Position numbers and translations under genes: made by a program. A DNA stretch of 63,822 nucleotides, counting the filler, from Octopus bimaculoides (Eukaryota): NCBI RefSeq assembly GCF_001194135.2. It is 4 parts of 4 records of this genome, joined end to end, with 100 filler letters (N's around TTAATTAATTAA, not from the genome) between each part and the next. Parts side by side here need not be neighbours in the genome. Positions count along the whole stretch, not along the records: positions 30,645 to 50,647 come from NC_068991.1; 3 more parts are not named here. One strand, 5' to 3'. The notes under the pieces are model-generated. The model saw only the letters and a list, made by a program, of their open reading frames with translations. It had not been told where the DNA came from and made no database searches. Below, in pieces: positions 36,188 through 48,690 of the stretch (position 1 is the stretch's first letter; every line of letters starts with the position of its first letter).

Positions 36188-36395
36188 TAAATTTTGGCAC
36201 AAGGCTAGCAATTCCGAGTTTGGGTGTAAATCAATTATAACGATCCCATTGCTCAGATGGTTCTTATTTCATCGACCCCACGAGGATGAAAGACAAAGTC
36301 GACAGTGTCAGAATTTGAACACAGAACGTGAAAATAAACGAAATGCGGTTAAGCATTTTTCCCGGCGTGCTAAAAATCCTACCAGCTCATCGCTT
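36188..36395 (-). mobile_element. SINE family B, diverged copy
   Basis: atttcatcgacccc..gaggatgaaagacaaagtcgac...gaatttgaac...cccggcgtgctaa. Confidence 0.8.
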
Positions 36396-36669
36396 TACAG
36401 ATGTATTATAACGCAACAGTGAGTATATAGCAATGACTTGTGCGTGAAATTGGAAGTGGTAGCTATCAAATAGCCCGGAATGAATATATGTATATATATA
36501 TATATATATATATNNNNNNNNNNNNNNNNNNNNNNNNNNNNNNNNNNNNNNNNNNNNNNNNNNNNNNNNNNNNNNNNNNNNNNNNNNNNNNNNNNNNNNN
36601 NNNNNNNNNNNNNNNNNNNNNNNNNNNNNNNNNNNNNNNNNNNNNNNNNNNNNNNNNNNNNNNNNNNNN

Positions 36670-36701
<32 letters not shown>

Positions 36702-37047
36702 CGGGTAGAGGATATCGCCAACGGTAAACAACATGAAATCCGAAAACAAATGAGTTCAATACGCAATGAACGAGAGAAACAAATGGAAAGCAGAACAAGT
36801 AACACAACACAAAGAACGACGCTTCATCAATTGTCGGTTGTCTGTTTTCTCATTTCGAGTATTCAACGACAGTATGAGTCTTCGAAGACAGTTGCTGCCA
36901 TAAGTACCAAAATAAAATTTGGGATTTATGGAGGGTCAAAGTTGGGAACAAAAACAGGACAGTGGAGACATACAAAGAAACCGAACGAAAACAAACATAG
37001 TGGGTCATTAGACCAGATCGCGGGTATAATATATATACATAAGTGTG

Positions 37048-37087
<40 letters not shown>

Positions 37088-37090
<3 letters not shown>

Positions 37091-37385
37091 AGTGAAGGTG
37101 TGTGGCTTAGTGGTTAGGGCATTCACCTCACGATCGTAAAGGTCGGGAGATCGATTCCCAGCGTCCTTGAGCACGTCATTTTATTTTACGTTGCTCCGGT
37201 TCACACAGCTGGCAAAAATATAGTAGTACCTATATTTCAAAGGGCCAGCCTTATAACAGGCTGAATCTTCCTGAGAACTACGTTAGGGGTGCGCGTATCT
37301 GTGAAGTGCTCAGTAACTTGCACGTTAATTTCACGAGCAAGCGTTGATCGTATCAGCTTCGTCGTCGTAACCGACGGAGTGTTCC
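37088..37385 (+). mobile_element. tRNA-derived SINE with a family C-type tail
   Basis: Head tggcttagtggttagg...tcgattccc; tail ctgagaactacgtta...cttgcacgttaatttcacgagca...cgtcgtcgtaaccgacggagtg is shared with 54284-54628 and 61966-62283. Confidence 0.75.
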
Positions 37386-37436
37386 TTTTTGATATGCAGA
37401 TATACATACTTACATATCTATAAATATATATATACA

Positions 37437-37665
37437 TAGCTCAGGGGTTAAGATGTTGCAATCACGATTGTGAGATCATGGGTCGATTCCCAGACCAGGC
37501 GTTGTGTTGTGCTCTTGAGCAAAGCACTTCATTTCATGTTGCTCTTCGATCATTTTCTCATCTGACATGTGGCACCCAGTTGCGCATGTACATCTAAGTC
37601 GATTTCATGGAGGGAGCGAGCTTATGTGTACACAAGCATTTGATCACTATAAGCAAATCATCTGA
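37437..37665 (+). mobile_element. Decayed tRNA-derived SINE with CORE-like segment
   Basis: tagctcaggggttaag...gtcgattccc...gttgtgctcttgagcaaagcacttc. Confidence 0.6.
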
Positions 37666-38348
37666 ATGTGTGTGTGTATGAATTGTGTACGTGTTTCGTT
37701 GTCTTGCGCGTGTATCCTAATATTATAATATTTGTGTTCGTCTCTTACCGCTTGTCAATCGGTGATATAGTGCTGACTATACCGTAAGTTAATGTTTCAG
37801 CAAGAAATGGCATACATAATACATTTGATTTCATTAACCTGAAAACTGTGCCACAGCGTAACTGCTGTCCAATGAAAGTTATATTAACCAATTACAATTT
37901 AACAAGTCGCTTATTAAAGACATTAGTATTTATTATCAAAATAACATAACTATTCCAGGTTAGAAAACCTCTGTTACAGATAGAAGCTATTTACGATCCA
38001 AAAGGTAGCGTTTATTTTCAATTTAATGGGGTGGGGCGTTCTGTAAGAGATGACGATACTGCAGTTTTAAACCCATGAAGATATCTCCTTAGCCTGGTTT
38101 ATTTAGTGCAGTTTCCGCACATATGATATTTATCGTACGCTGGAGATAACTCCAGCTATCCTAGCCTCATGACTGCCATTACGCGTGATTTCGATCTTAT
38201 TGTATCTCTTCGGTGGTGGGCACTGGTTTGTCAGGCATGGCAGTAGACTAACCTCGCTTGCAATATATACAGGAAATACAGTCTCATTGAAGCAGGGATT
38301 TTCTTACTGGGAAACTAGTCCGTTAGAAACTACTTTCGTTTCAGATTA

Positions 38349-38391
<43 letters not shown>

Positions 38392-38633
38392 TACACACAC
38401 ACACATACACACACACACACACAGGAGCACAATGAATGGGAAAGAAAACCAGATGCACAGAGAAAAGAAATTAAATAAAATTAAAGTGTTTGCTTTGACT
38501 GCCATTCGAAGTTGATGCAATGGCTTTCAAAAGAGATGATTACATCATACTTGTGTTTCCTTTCTGAGTGTACGTTCACAAGAACCTCTGTGTGTGTGTG
38601 TGTGTGTGTGCATGTGTATGTGTGTATGTGTGT

Positions 38634-38678
<45 letters not shown>

Positions 38679-39005
38679 CATGTATGTGTATGTGCGAATG
38701 AGATTGCTTCTTTCTGTGTGTCCACGCATGTTGAGAACATGCTAGCTTAGACAAAGCTTCGAATTACCATTGAGATCATATATGAAATATCTTTCTTTAA
38801 ACGTGACAGTTTGTTATGTAAAAATATTAAACAAAACCTGGCAGAAGACAATTCACGAAAACATAACACGGTGAAGGGAAACGGAGATATGACAGAAAAA
38901 TAATAAAATTTTACAATAATCATAGTAATAAACATTTTAAGAATAATAAGAACAACAGTGATAACAGTAATGAAAAAAAAAGCAGTAGCAACAATGATAA
39001 TGATG

Positions 39006-39014
<9 letters not shown>

Positions 39015-39073
<59 letters not shown>
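39015..39073. repeat. (GTA)n microsatellite, followed by a long TA/TG-rich tract (to ~39720)
   Basis: Read directly. Confidence 0.95.
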
Positions 39074-39074
<1 letters not shown>

Positions 39075-39277
39075 AAGGGTAAAGTATATATATATATATA
39101 TATATATATACGTTGAGACAAACCTATGAAAATAAAGGGATACTCGAGAGAGAAATATAGAAATATATATATACACATATAGATAGATAGATAGATATAT
39201 GTATGTATATATGTATGTATGTGTGTGTATGCTTGTACATATAAATGCATATATATGTATATATATGCATATATGTG

Positions 39278-39310
<33 letters not shown>

Positions 39311-40524
39311 GTATACATATATGTATATATAAATATACATATAAATACATTTACATATATATGTATAAATGCATGTATATATTAAGGTATATATATATAT
39401 GTATATATCTATATACACATATATATATGTCTATATATGTATACACATAAGTTTATATATATATATATGAATATATATGTATATAAATATGTATATATAT
39501 GTATACACATATATATATGCACATATATGCATATGTGTATATATATAATTATATACATTTACATGTTTGTATAGATTTATATACACATATGTGTATATAT
39601 GTATATATGTATTTATATACACTTATATATATGTATATATGTACATTTATATATGTATGTATATAAACATACATTTATATATCGTTGCGTTAGTTGGGGT
39701 GTGAGCGTATATATATATAGAAACTTTATTTGAAAACAAATTTTTGAAATTTTTCCAACTGTAACCCTAGCAACAAATCACCACAATTGGATTGTCCTTC
39801 TTCATATGAATGCAATCCGTCACAGTCACAAGGAGACGACGTCCACAAACGAAGAGAAACAAATATCAATACTTTTTCACGAAACACGTCCGAGTACTCA
39901 TTTGTCACATACACGAACAAATGTGCTTATCATAATAAATATGTATGTATGAGTGCTTTTATATAGACACAACGAGTGAGACAGTGAGTGGAATATATAG
40001 GAATATTTCACAGTTTCTTGACACTCAAGCACGATATTTCAATGTATGCGATACATGCGCGAAAAAAAATTATATAAACCTTATTATAAAATATTTTAGT
40101 TCGCGCTTATATAAGTGAAAACGTCTTTGTTGTATATTATATATGTATATAACTCGATTCATAGACACGGAAGCACAAATATATACACACAAACACATAC
40201 GCTCAGACATATATCAATACTTTATATTTATATAAAAAAATATACATGGATGTAAGCATATATGTGTATGTATATATATGTAAGTAAGTGTATGTTTATA
40301 TATATATTTATATATGTAAGTGTATCAATATGTATATATTTATATATACATACATGCACATAGATATGTGTCTGTCTATCAATCGAGTAAATTCTTATAA
40401 ATACATATATTTCTATATATCCTTATATATATGGTGGTGGTTGTCTACTCCTTAAACAGAGTTTGACCACCTCCTGCACCTACACCTTAGCCCTTTCATG
40501 GCGTCTGATGTGGCTTTTTAAACC

Positions 40525-40574
<50 letters not shown>

Positions 40575-41008
40575 CAACACTCACCAATACACACAGAGAT
40601 ATGTATACATTTTTAAGGACATTCTTATATATAAATATATACGTATTTATACTCATAAAACTGCAGTTGTATATATGTGTGTATATGCTATTTGCCCATT
40701 GCATTATATATCTATTTGCCGAACTATCTATCCCTGTTTCTATCTCTCTTTCCTTGTCTCTCTCCATATCACTCCTACTTTGTGTGTGTGTGTGTGTGTG
40801 TGCGAGTGTATGTGTGTGCGAATACATAAGTGCATGCCTGTTTGCTGTGTGACAGTGCTAGTAAGCCACTCATCTGATGATTTTTACGTCCATGCTGACC
40901 TTTTACTATAGCACTTCAGGTTGATTGATTGTTTTGCTGACCCGTTTAGGTCAGTGAGGAATCTCAGAGAAATGACACACGATTTTTTTTTCTGGATTTA
41001 TTTGTCAC

Positions 41009-41070
<62 letters not shown>

Positions 41071-41647
41071 GTGTTCAGTATTCTTGTTTTTGTACTTCTT
41101 TCTTGTACTGTACCCATTTTGTGATTTCATATGTTATAATAGCATAAATTTAACGNNNNNNNNNNNNNNNNNNNNNNNNNNNNNNNNNNNNNNNNNNNNN
41201 NNNNNNNNNNNNNNNNNNNNNNNNNNNNNNNNNNNNNNNNNNNNNNNNNNNNNNNNNNNNNNNNNNNNNNNNNNNNNNNNNNNNNNNNNNNNNNNNNNNN
41301 NNNNNNNNNNNNNNNNNNNNNNNNNNNNNNNNNNNNNNNNNNNNNNNNNNNNNNNNNNNNNNNNNNNNNNNNNNNNNNNNNNNNNNNNNNNNNNNNNNNN
41401 NNNNNNNNNNNNNNNNNNNNNNNNNNNNNNNNNNNNNNNNNNNNNNNNNNNNNNNNNNNNNNNNNNNNNNNNNNNNNNNNNNNNNNNNNNNNNNNNNNNN
41501 NNNNNNNNNNNNNNNNNNNNNNNNNNNNNNNNNNNNNNNNNNNNNNNNNNNNNNNNNNNNNNNNNNNNNNNNNNNNNNNNNNNNNNNNNNNNNNNNNNNN
41601 NNNNNNNNNNNNNNNNNNNNNNNNNNNNNNNNNNNNNNNNNNNNNNN

Positions 41648-41681
41648 ATAGATAGATAGATAGATATATAGATAGATAGAT

Positions 41682-41738
<57 letters not shown>

Positions 41739-41800
41739 GGATAGATAGATAGATACATTTCTTTTATTAGCCACACAGGGCTCGATAGATAGATAGATAT

Positions 41801-41840
<40 letters not shown>

Positions 41841-41890
41841 ACAGACAGTGAGACAGAGAGACAGACAGACAGAAAGACAGATAGATAGAT
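41648..41890. repeat. (GATA)n/(GACA)n array; similar arrays at 21165-21400 and 55970-56108
   Basis: Read directly. Confidence 0.95.
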
Positions 41891-42236
41891 TGCAGTGTGT
41901 GCAGACGTGTTGCCTTGGTTTCTGGTGATTTCCTAATAAATACGTCCTCATATCGTTTGTGTTTTACTTAACTTTGGTGAATCAATTATATTTCTTAACT
42001 TGAACAATTACTCTAATATTCTTGCCAATCATGCGTCGCGTTACATTGCTATTATTTCACTGTTAATATGGTCAAGACACACTACCCTATAAATTATTTC
42101 CTGCTATAAAAAACAATGAGAATCTCTTTAATATTGATTTCTACGCAGCTACATGAAATCTTAGATAAACTATAGTTGGAAACTATTTTGTCCATGGACA
42201 CAATTCACTGCCGGCAGCAGGATATTAGGAACACAT

Positions 42237-42294
<58 letters not shown>

Positions 42295-42299
42295 TGGTG

Positions 42300-42348
<49 letters not shown>

Positions 42349-42670
42349 NNNNNNNNNNNNNNNNNNNNNNNNNNNNNNNNNNNNNNNNNNNNNNNNNNNN
42401 NNNNNNNNNNNNNNNNNNNNNNNNNNNNNNNNNNNNNNNNNNNNNNNNNNNNNNNNNNNNNNNNNNNNNNNNNNNNNNNNNNNNNNNNNNNNNNNNNNNN
42501 NNNNNNNNNNNNNNNNNNNNNNNNNNNNNNNNNNNNNNAAGAAGAAGAAGAAGAAGAAGAAGAAGAAGAAGAAGAAGAAGAAGAAGAAGAAGAAGAAGAA
42601 GACATTATAAGAAAAGGGATCACCACGGCGACGATAATGAAAATGTGGATGAAGATTATGACGTCAATGA

Positions 42671-42703
<33 letters not shown>

Positions 42704-43606
42704 CGATGATGACGATGATGACGATGATGGTGCCGGTGATGATGGTGATGATGTGGATGATGCCAATGATAACAATGATAATGAAATTAGTCACGACAAA
42801 TGACGAATCAGGCCAACTTGATTCGTCATTTGTCAAATAGATTTCTCTCAGCCCCGTTTCAATTCTTTCCCTTTTTTTTGTTTGTTTACGCTTTGCACTA
42901 CCAGTCGTCCTCATCAATAATGTCTTTATTATACTAATTGAACTATCCTTTATACGAATTCAACTGACCATACTCGAATTCTTGACCTCTTGGTACCAAG
43001 CTTAACACTGCCATCTTCTATCCGAAATAATTAAATTATTCATGCTGACTTTAATGAGCCGAAATTTCCTCGATTATCCTCGTTGATCATTATAGAAGTC
43101 GCGGCTGAAGAAAACAATTCCTCCTACTCCTTCAATAACCTCCATCATTTAATCACAACTGAGCACATTTTTTTTTAGATTGACACGCTCTACTTATAAA
43201 TTGACTCCTTAAATGCCACTGCAATCTACTTCCCTTCTTTTCACTCTATAAAACATAGGATGTCCGGTCGTTCGTCGCCAGTAATATTTCATTCTAGAAC
43301 TAGTTGTCCGAGGACGTTTTTCTATTACTTTATAAAATGGTACAAATCTAAAGACAGAGAATGTTGTTTAGAAAATAAGTGACTCTCACGCAGCAGGCTT
43401 CTTCAGCCATTTTCGCATTTGTTTAGTATCGGAAGTTCACGGATCACACCATAATTTCTACAGAATTTAATATGGAATACAATTTTCTGTTGAATGCGTC
43501 CATAAGCCATAACAGCGTTTGTACCAGCAAAAATTTACCATTAAAACAATACTGCATTTGGTAAGCAATGACTAGTTATGGTATATATTATTTACAAATA
43601 TTTTAT

Positions 43607-44018
43607 AGGCGCAGGCGTGGCTGTGTGGTAAGAAGCTTCCTTCCTAATCACATGGTTCCGGGTTCAGTCCCACTGCGTGTTACCTTGGGCAATTGTCTTC
43701 TACTGTAGCCTCGGGCTGATCAAAGCTTCGTGAGTGGATTTGGCAGACGGAAACTGAAAGAAGCCTGTCGTATATATATATATATATATATATATATATN
43801 NNNNNNNNNNNNNNNNNNNNNNNNNNNNNNNNNNNNNNNNNNNNNNNNNNNNNNNNNNNNNNNNNNNNNNNNNNNNNNNNNNNNNNNNNNNNNNNNNNNN
43901 NNNNNNNNNNNNNNNNNNNNNNNNNNNNNNNNNNNNNNNNNNNNNNNNNNNNNNNNNNNNNNNNNNNNNNNNNNNNNNNNNNNNNNNNNNNNNNNNNNNN
44001 NNNNNNNNNNNNNNNNNN

Positions 44019-44053
<35 letters not shown>

Positions 44054-44200
44054 CTGTGTTTGTTTCCCCCACTGTTGCTGGTGTGTTTACGTCTCCGTAA
44101 CTTAGATATTCGACAAAAGAGTCCGATAGAATACGTACTAGGCTTACAAAGAATAAGTCCTGGGTTCGCTTCGCTCGACTAAAATGTGATGCTTCAGCAT
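43607..44200 (+). mobile_element. SINE family A (gap inside its internal microsatellite)
   Basis: Head ggcgcaggcgtggctgtgtggtaagaag, CORE-like accttgggcaatt, tail ctaggcttacaaagaataagtcctggg. Confidence 0.9.
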
Positions 44201-44233
44201 CTGTGCAGATATACTGACAAACCGAAAACTTCA

Positions 44234-44265
44234 CCTAACCCTAACCCTAACCCTAACCCTCACCC
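44234..44265 (-). repeat. Interstitial (TTAGGG)n-like tract, about 5 units
   Basis: cctaaccctaaccctaaccctaaccctcaccc. Confidence 0.85.
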
Positions 44266-44663
44266 AAAGCACACCAGGCTAATTATCTATTTCAGCTGAT
44301 TGAGCTGCGATCATCCTAAATGTTCTCCTTGTATCAAAATACAACCTGACCACTTCAGAAGAATGGATACATTCTGATTACCACGTTACAGCCAACAAAC
44401 AAAATAATGCGATGTGAAAAATCATTTCCGTTTCGAGCCAACTTCCACACCTGGCTGTAAGGTATCTTGATTTCTATCGAATTTGAGTTACTGAGCATAT
44501 TAAACTGCAACGCATGTCCATTGCAGAGTAAATCCAACAGCAATGGATGGTATCTATTTTCAGGTGACTGGACAGAGTTAGTATGAAATAAAGTGCCTTC
44601 ATTGTATATGTCAAGGTATAGAGAAAATTTCAAATCATATTTCAACGTTTAATGTCTACATAT

Positions 44664-44826
44664 AGACGCAGGAGTGGCTGTGTTATAAGTAGCTTGCTTA
44701 CCAAACACATGGTTCCGGATTCAGTCCCACTGTGTGGCACCTTGAGCAAGTATCTTCAACTATAGCCTCGGGCTGACCAAAGCCTTGTGAGTGGATTTGG
44801 TAGACGGAAACTGAAAGAAGCCCGTC

Positions 44827-44882
<56 letters not shown>

Positions 44883-45118
44883 GGGGATTGTGTGTGTGTG
44901 GGGGGGTTGTGTGTCTGTGTGTCTGTGTATGTCCCCTACCATCGCTTGACAACCGATGTTGGTGTGTTCACATCCCTGTAACTTAGCTGTTCGGCAAAAG
45001 AGACCGATAGAATAAGTACTAGGCTTACAAAGATTAGATACTGGGGTCGATTTGTTCGACTAAAGGCGGTGCTCCAGCATAGCCGCAGTCAAATGACTGA
45101 AACAAATAAAAGAATAAA
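44664..45118 (+). mobile_element. SINE family A, complete ungapped copy (tRNA head, CORE-like domain, internal (TA)n/(TG)n, LINE-like tail); probably one of the described octopus OR-type SINEs (unconfirmed)
   Basis: Head gagtggctgtgttataagtag...ggttccggattcagtccc; CORE-like accttgagcaagt; tail ggcggtgctccagcatagccgcagtcaaatgactgaaacaaataaaagaataaaa. Confidence 0.92.
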
Positions 45119-45564
45119 AAAAAAAATTTCAAAATGTCAACCATTTGTTTCTTGTACTAAAAACACTTTCAATACATCAAACTTGAATCCCTCAAGGAGG
45201 CCTGCTTTGTCTGTCATTAAACGAATAGTTCTATTTTGTAACCAAACAAACAGTATTTTTCAGTGAGATCCGAAACAATTTAACGGCGTTCTTTTATTAC
45301 CTGCGCTGTGAGTTTTCTTTGACTTCTTGCTTCTCTTTCTACAGCACAGAAAACATTACGTAACTAACAGTGTATTTATTAAAAGCTACCATGTATCCTC
45401 TTTTCTAATTTCAATTTCTCAATAGACTTGTTAGAGTGAATTAACTTGTCAATCTGGTTGGATTTATTGCTTAGATATCTTGAGCTCTTTAATCTTAGCA
45501 ATCAGCTTAACCGGACAACATTTTCTAGATTGCAACAAAATCGACGACAGAAATTTCGCTCCAC

Positions 45565-45665
45565 CTCTCTCTCTCTCTTTCTCTTTTCCTCTCTCCCTTT
45601 CTCTCTCTATCTCTCTCTCTCTATCTCTCTCTCTCTATTTCTCTCTATCTATCTCTCTCTCTCTC
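45565..45665. repeat. (CT)n / (CTAT) polypyrimidine microsatellite
   Basis: Read directly. Confidence 0.95.
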
Positions 45666-45904
45666 CTTCACACAGACTCACAAATACACACATATTCTCT
45701 AACCTTTTCTCTTCTTTTCTCAGAGTCGAAGAATCGAGAGACCAAAACATCAAATTCTTTGCTGTTTCCAGGAATTCGACTCCGATAAACACCCTAAAGG
45801 ACCACCTGTGATGGAAGCCCACAGACAATCACCAGTTTACTCGAAACGCGAATTTCACCAAAACGGTAAGAAACTCTAAAGAGGCAGCAATATCGATCTC
45901 CATC

Positions 45905-46047
45905 CTTCATCAAAATCCTTTAGTCGAAGAAATCGACTCCAGGAATTATTCTTTGTAAGCCTAGTACTTATTCCATTGGACAGTTTTACTGAACCATTAA
46001 GTTACAAAGACGTAAACCATCAAGTGATGGTGCGGAGACAAACACAT

Positions 46048-46080
<33 letters not shown>

Positions 46081-46530
46081 GAGAGTTGGAATTTTCAAAA
46101 AATAAAAGATGAAGACAGGTATGTAAACAACAAGCAGGTGTTTTAGTTTAACGCTCNNNNNNNNNNNNNNNNNNNNNNNNNNNNNNNNNNNNNNNNNNNN
46201 NNNNNNNNNNNNNNNNNNNNNNNNNNNNNNNNNNNNNNNNNNNNNNNNNNNCTTTTACATTTCGAGCCTACGCTCTTCAACAGAAAGGAACACGAGGAAA
46301 TAAACAGAGAGAGAATAACAAAAGAAAGCTTTAGTAGCTAGCAGTCAATCATGGCGATATATATACGACGGGCTTCTTTCAGTTTCCGTGCACCAAATCC
46401 ATTCACAAGGCTTTTGTCGGCCCGGGGCTATAGTAGAAGACAGCTGGCCAAGGTTCCACGCAGTGGGACTAAACCCGAAACCATGCTGTTGGTAAGGAAG
46501 CTTCTTACCACACAGCCACTCCTACGCCTA
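45905..46530 (-). mobile_element. SINE family A with a hammerhead-motif repeat (46080-46330) inserted in its middle
   Basis: Tail at 45905-46050 and head at 46365-46530; the insert is the reverse complement of 190-345. Confidence 0.82.
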
Positions 46531-47164
46531 TAAAGAAATAGGAATCCTAGGCGCTGATTTGTATATGTCGGCATGGGAACATTTCAGAATGGTAGGCTAT
46601 TCTACTTTGGGATTTCATCTAGGATGCTTGAAGTTTGCAGACATTCGGCAACAATCCAAGTTGAAATATTTCCTGGCCTAAAGAAGAGCCAACGTGTTTA
46701 CAACGAAGTTTAGAAAAGTATACTCACCTCGGGTAACTATTACAAATCATTAATCTTAATATATGTCTTTGAGTTTGAAGGGTTAAATTTGTGTTCTTTA
46801 TGGCGACAAAGAGCTAGGTATATGTCTTTTAGGACAGTGACATTTTACTGCTAAGAAGAGACACACTTGGATGTCACGTTCTGCGAAGATATAATTGATC
46901 AATCGACGTAGAATGGCGAACTCGAAGTGTAAAATTGTAAATTATTGATATTATGCAAATGTTGATAAAGGCTTAATATCTTTTCTAAGATAAATGTCAT
47001 TATTCTTAATTTATTTATATAGTTCCACGTAAAAATATTTTTACAGTATTTGGGGTTTTTTTTCCGTTTTAAGTTCAAATTCATGCTGTTATTTTAATTC
47101 GATTTTTCTAACATTGATTAAAAAATGAAAAACACGTCAAAAGGACAGCAATTTTGTGTGAATG

Positions 47165-47310
47165 AGTAAGTCAATTGCATTGACCCCAGTGTGAAACTGG
47201 TACTCATTTTATCGGTCCCGAAATGATGAAAGGCAAAATCGGCCTCGGCGGAATTTGAACTCAGAACGTAAAGACTAGCGTGCTAACGATTCTACCAACT
47301 CATCGTCTTC
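47165..47310 (-). mobile_element. SINE family B, internally shortened
   Basis: attgaccccagtg...aggcaaaatcggcctcggcggaatttgaactcagaacgta. Confidence 0.82.
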
Positions 47311-47340
47311 ACGTGCCAAGCAATATAATTTGTTAAACCA

Positions 47341-47556
47341 AGGCGGCGACCTGGCAGAATCTTTAGCACGCCGGGTGAAATGCTTAGCGACATTTCGTCT
47401 GCTGTTACGTTCTGAGTTCAAATTCTGCCGAGGTCGACTTTGCCTTTCATCCCTTCGGGGTCGATGAATTAAGTACCAATTTCGTACTGGGGTCGATCTA
47501 ATCGACTGGCCCCCACTCCTCGAAAATTTCGGGCCTTGTGCCTAGAGTAGAAAAGA
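47341..47556 (+). mobile_element. SINE family B, full length
   Basis: aggcggcgacctggcagaatc...gggccttgtgcctagagtagaaaagaat. Confidence 0.92.
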
Positions 47557-48584
47557 ATATAATTGGATCTTTACTCTTTGAACGGGAGATCGAGAAATTA
47601 ATTTTGTGTAGCTAAACACATTCAAACTTCGGACACTGGTAGAATGTCATATAAAACATATTTTACTCTTAGTGTTGTTGAGAAAACTTTGTATTTTCAA
47701 AGTGATTTCGTGTTAAAGTTGTCGTATTTCGGTAATTTCAACCAATCAATGACGTGTATTCAGCTGAATAAAATTATTGCTGTTGCTTGTCAGCAACAGC
47801 TTCCGGCGGTGTATATTTCGTTTGTCACTGTTATTTATGACATATTTCATCTCAGTTATGTTTGTATGAATAAACGAGTGTATCCGAAGCATATTTACTT
47901 CATGGCACCACCATAATCGTGCATTTCTACCGGAATCGCTCGGGCGTCTGAGAAAATTCATTGCGGGTTTGTTTTTTAGTTCTTTGATCCAAGTTCAAAA
48001 TAAACCGATGCCAACTTTGCTCTCCATCTCTCCAGAGCTTATAAAATCAAATAGCTATAAAGTAATGGATTCAATGACATTGACTAACTTAAAATGGTGG
48101 CTGGTAAACTACATCACTAACTATTATTCAAATTGACTGCCTAGCAAGATCTTTAGAGCACCGGAAAAATATTTTGTGTTATTATTTCCGGATTTTTCTC
48201 CTGCATTCAACTCTCGCCGAAGTCAGTACTACCTTTCATTCTTTCAACAACGAAATTAGTCAGGTACCACTCAGGTTTTGGAATTGATGGTATCAACAAA
48301 AACGCTTCCCCAAATCTGCTGACCTTGTGCCAAAAATAAGGAACAATTATTGTTATTATCGTCATGAAGCGGCGAACTGGCAGTACACGTTGGGGAAGTA
48401 TTTAATCCGTCTTTACGTAGAGTTCACATACCACTGAGGCGTCGATACATTAAGTACCAGTTGAATTAGGGATCGATGTAATCGACTAAACACCTACCCC
48501 AGAATCTCGAGCTTTGTATCTATAGTAGAAAGGATTATCAGAGTTGTCATTTCTGTTATTTCTCGTTAGAGCATCTGACAAAAT

Positions 48585-48690
48585 GTTTTCGCTCAATAAA
48601 CACTCACAACGCCCAGTCTATGGGAATCGAAACCGCGATCCTATGGCCACGAGTCCGCTGCCCTAACGACTGGGCCATTGCGCATCCACG
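48585..48690 (-). mobile_element. SINE family C, head only
   Basis: Reverse complement of atggcccagtcgttagggcagcggactcg...tttcgattccc...gggcgttgtgagtgtttattgagcgaaaac. Confidence 0.85.

Noticed and set aside
39726-39960. Stretch open in several frames
   Set aside because: No recognisable homology or splice sites; short multi-frame openness is expected by chance.
42294-42840. D/R/V-rich and M-rich ORFs
   Set aside because: They derive from GTA/GAA/GAT trinucleotide tracts and a gap; similar tracts occur throughout the window.
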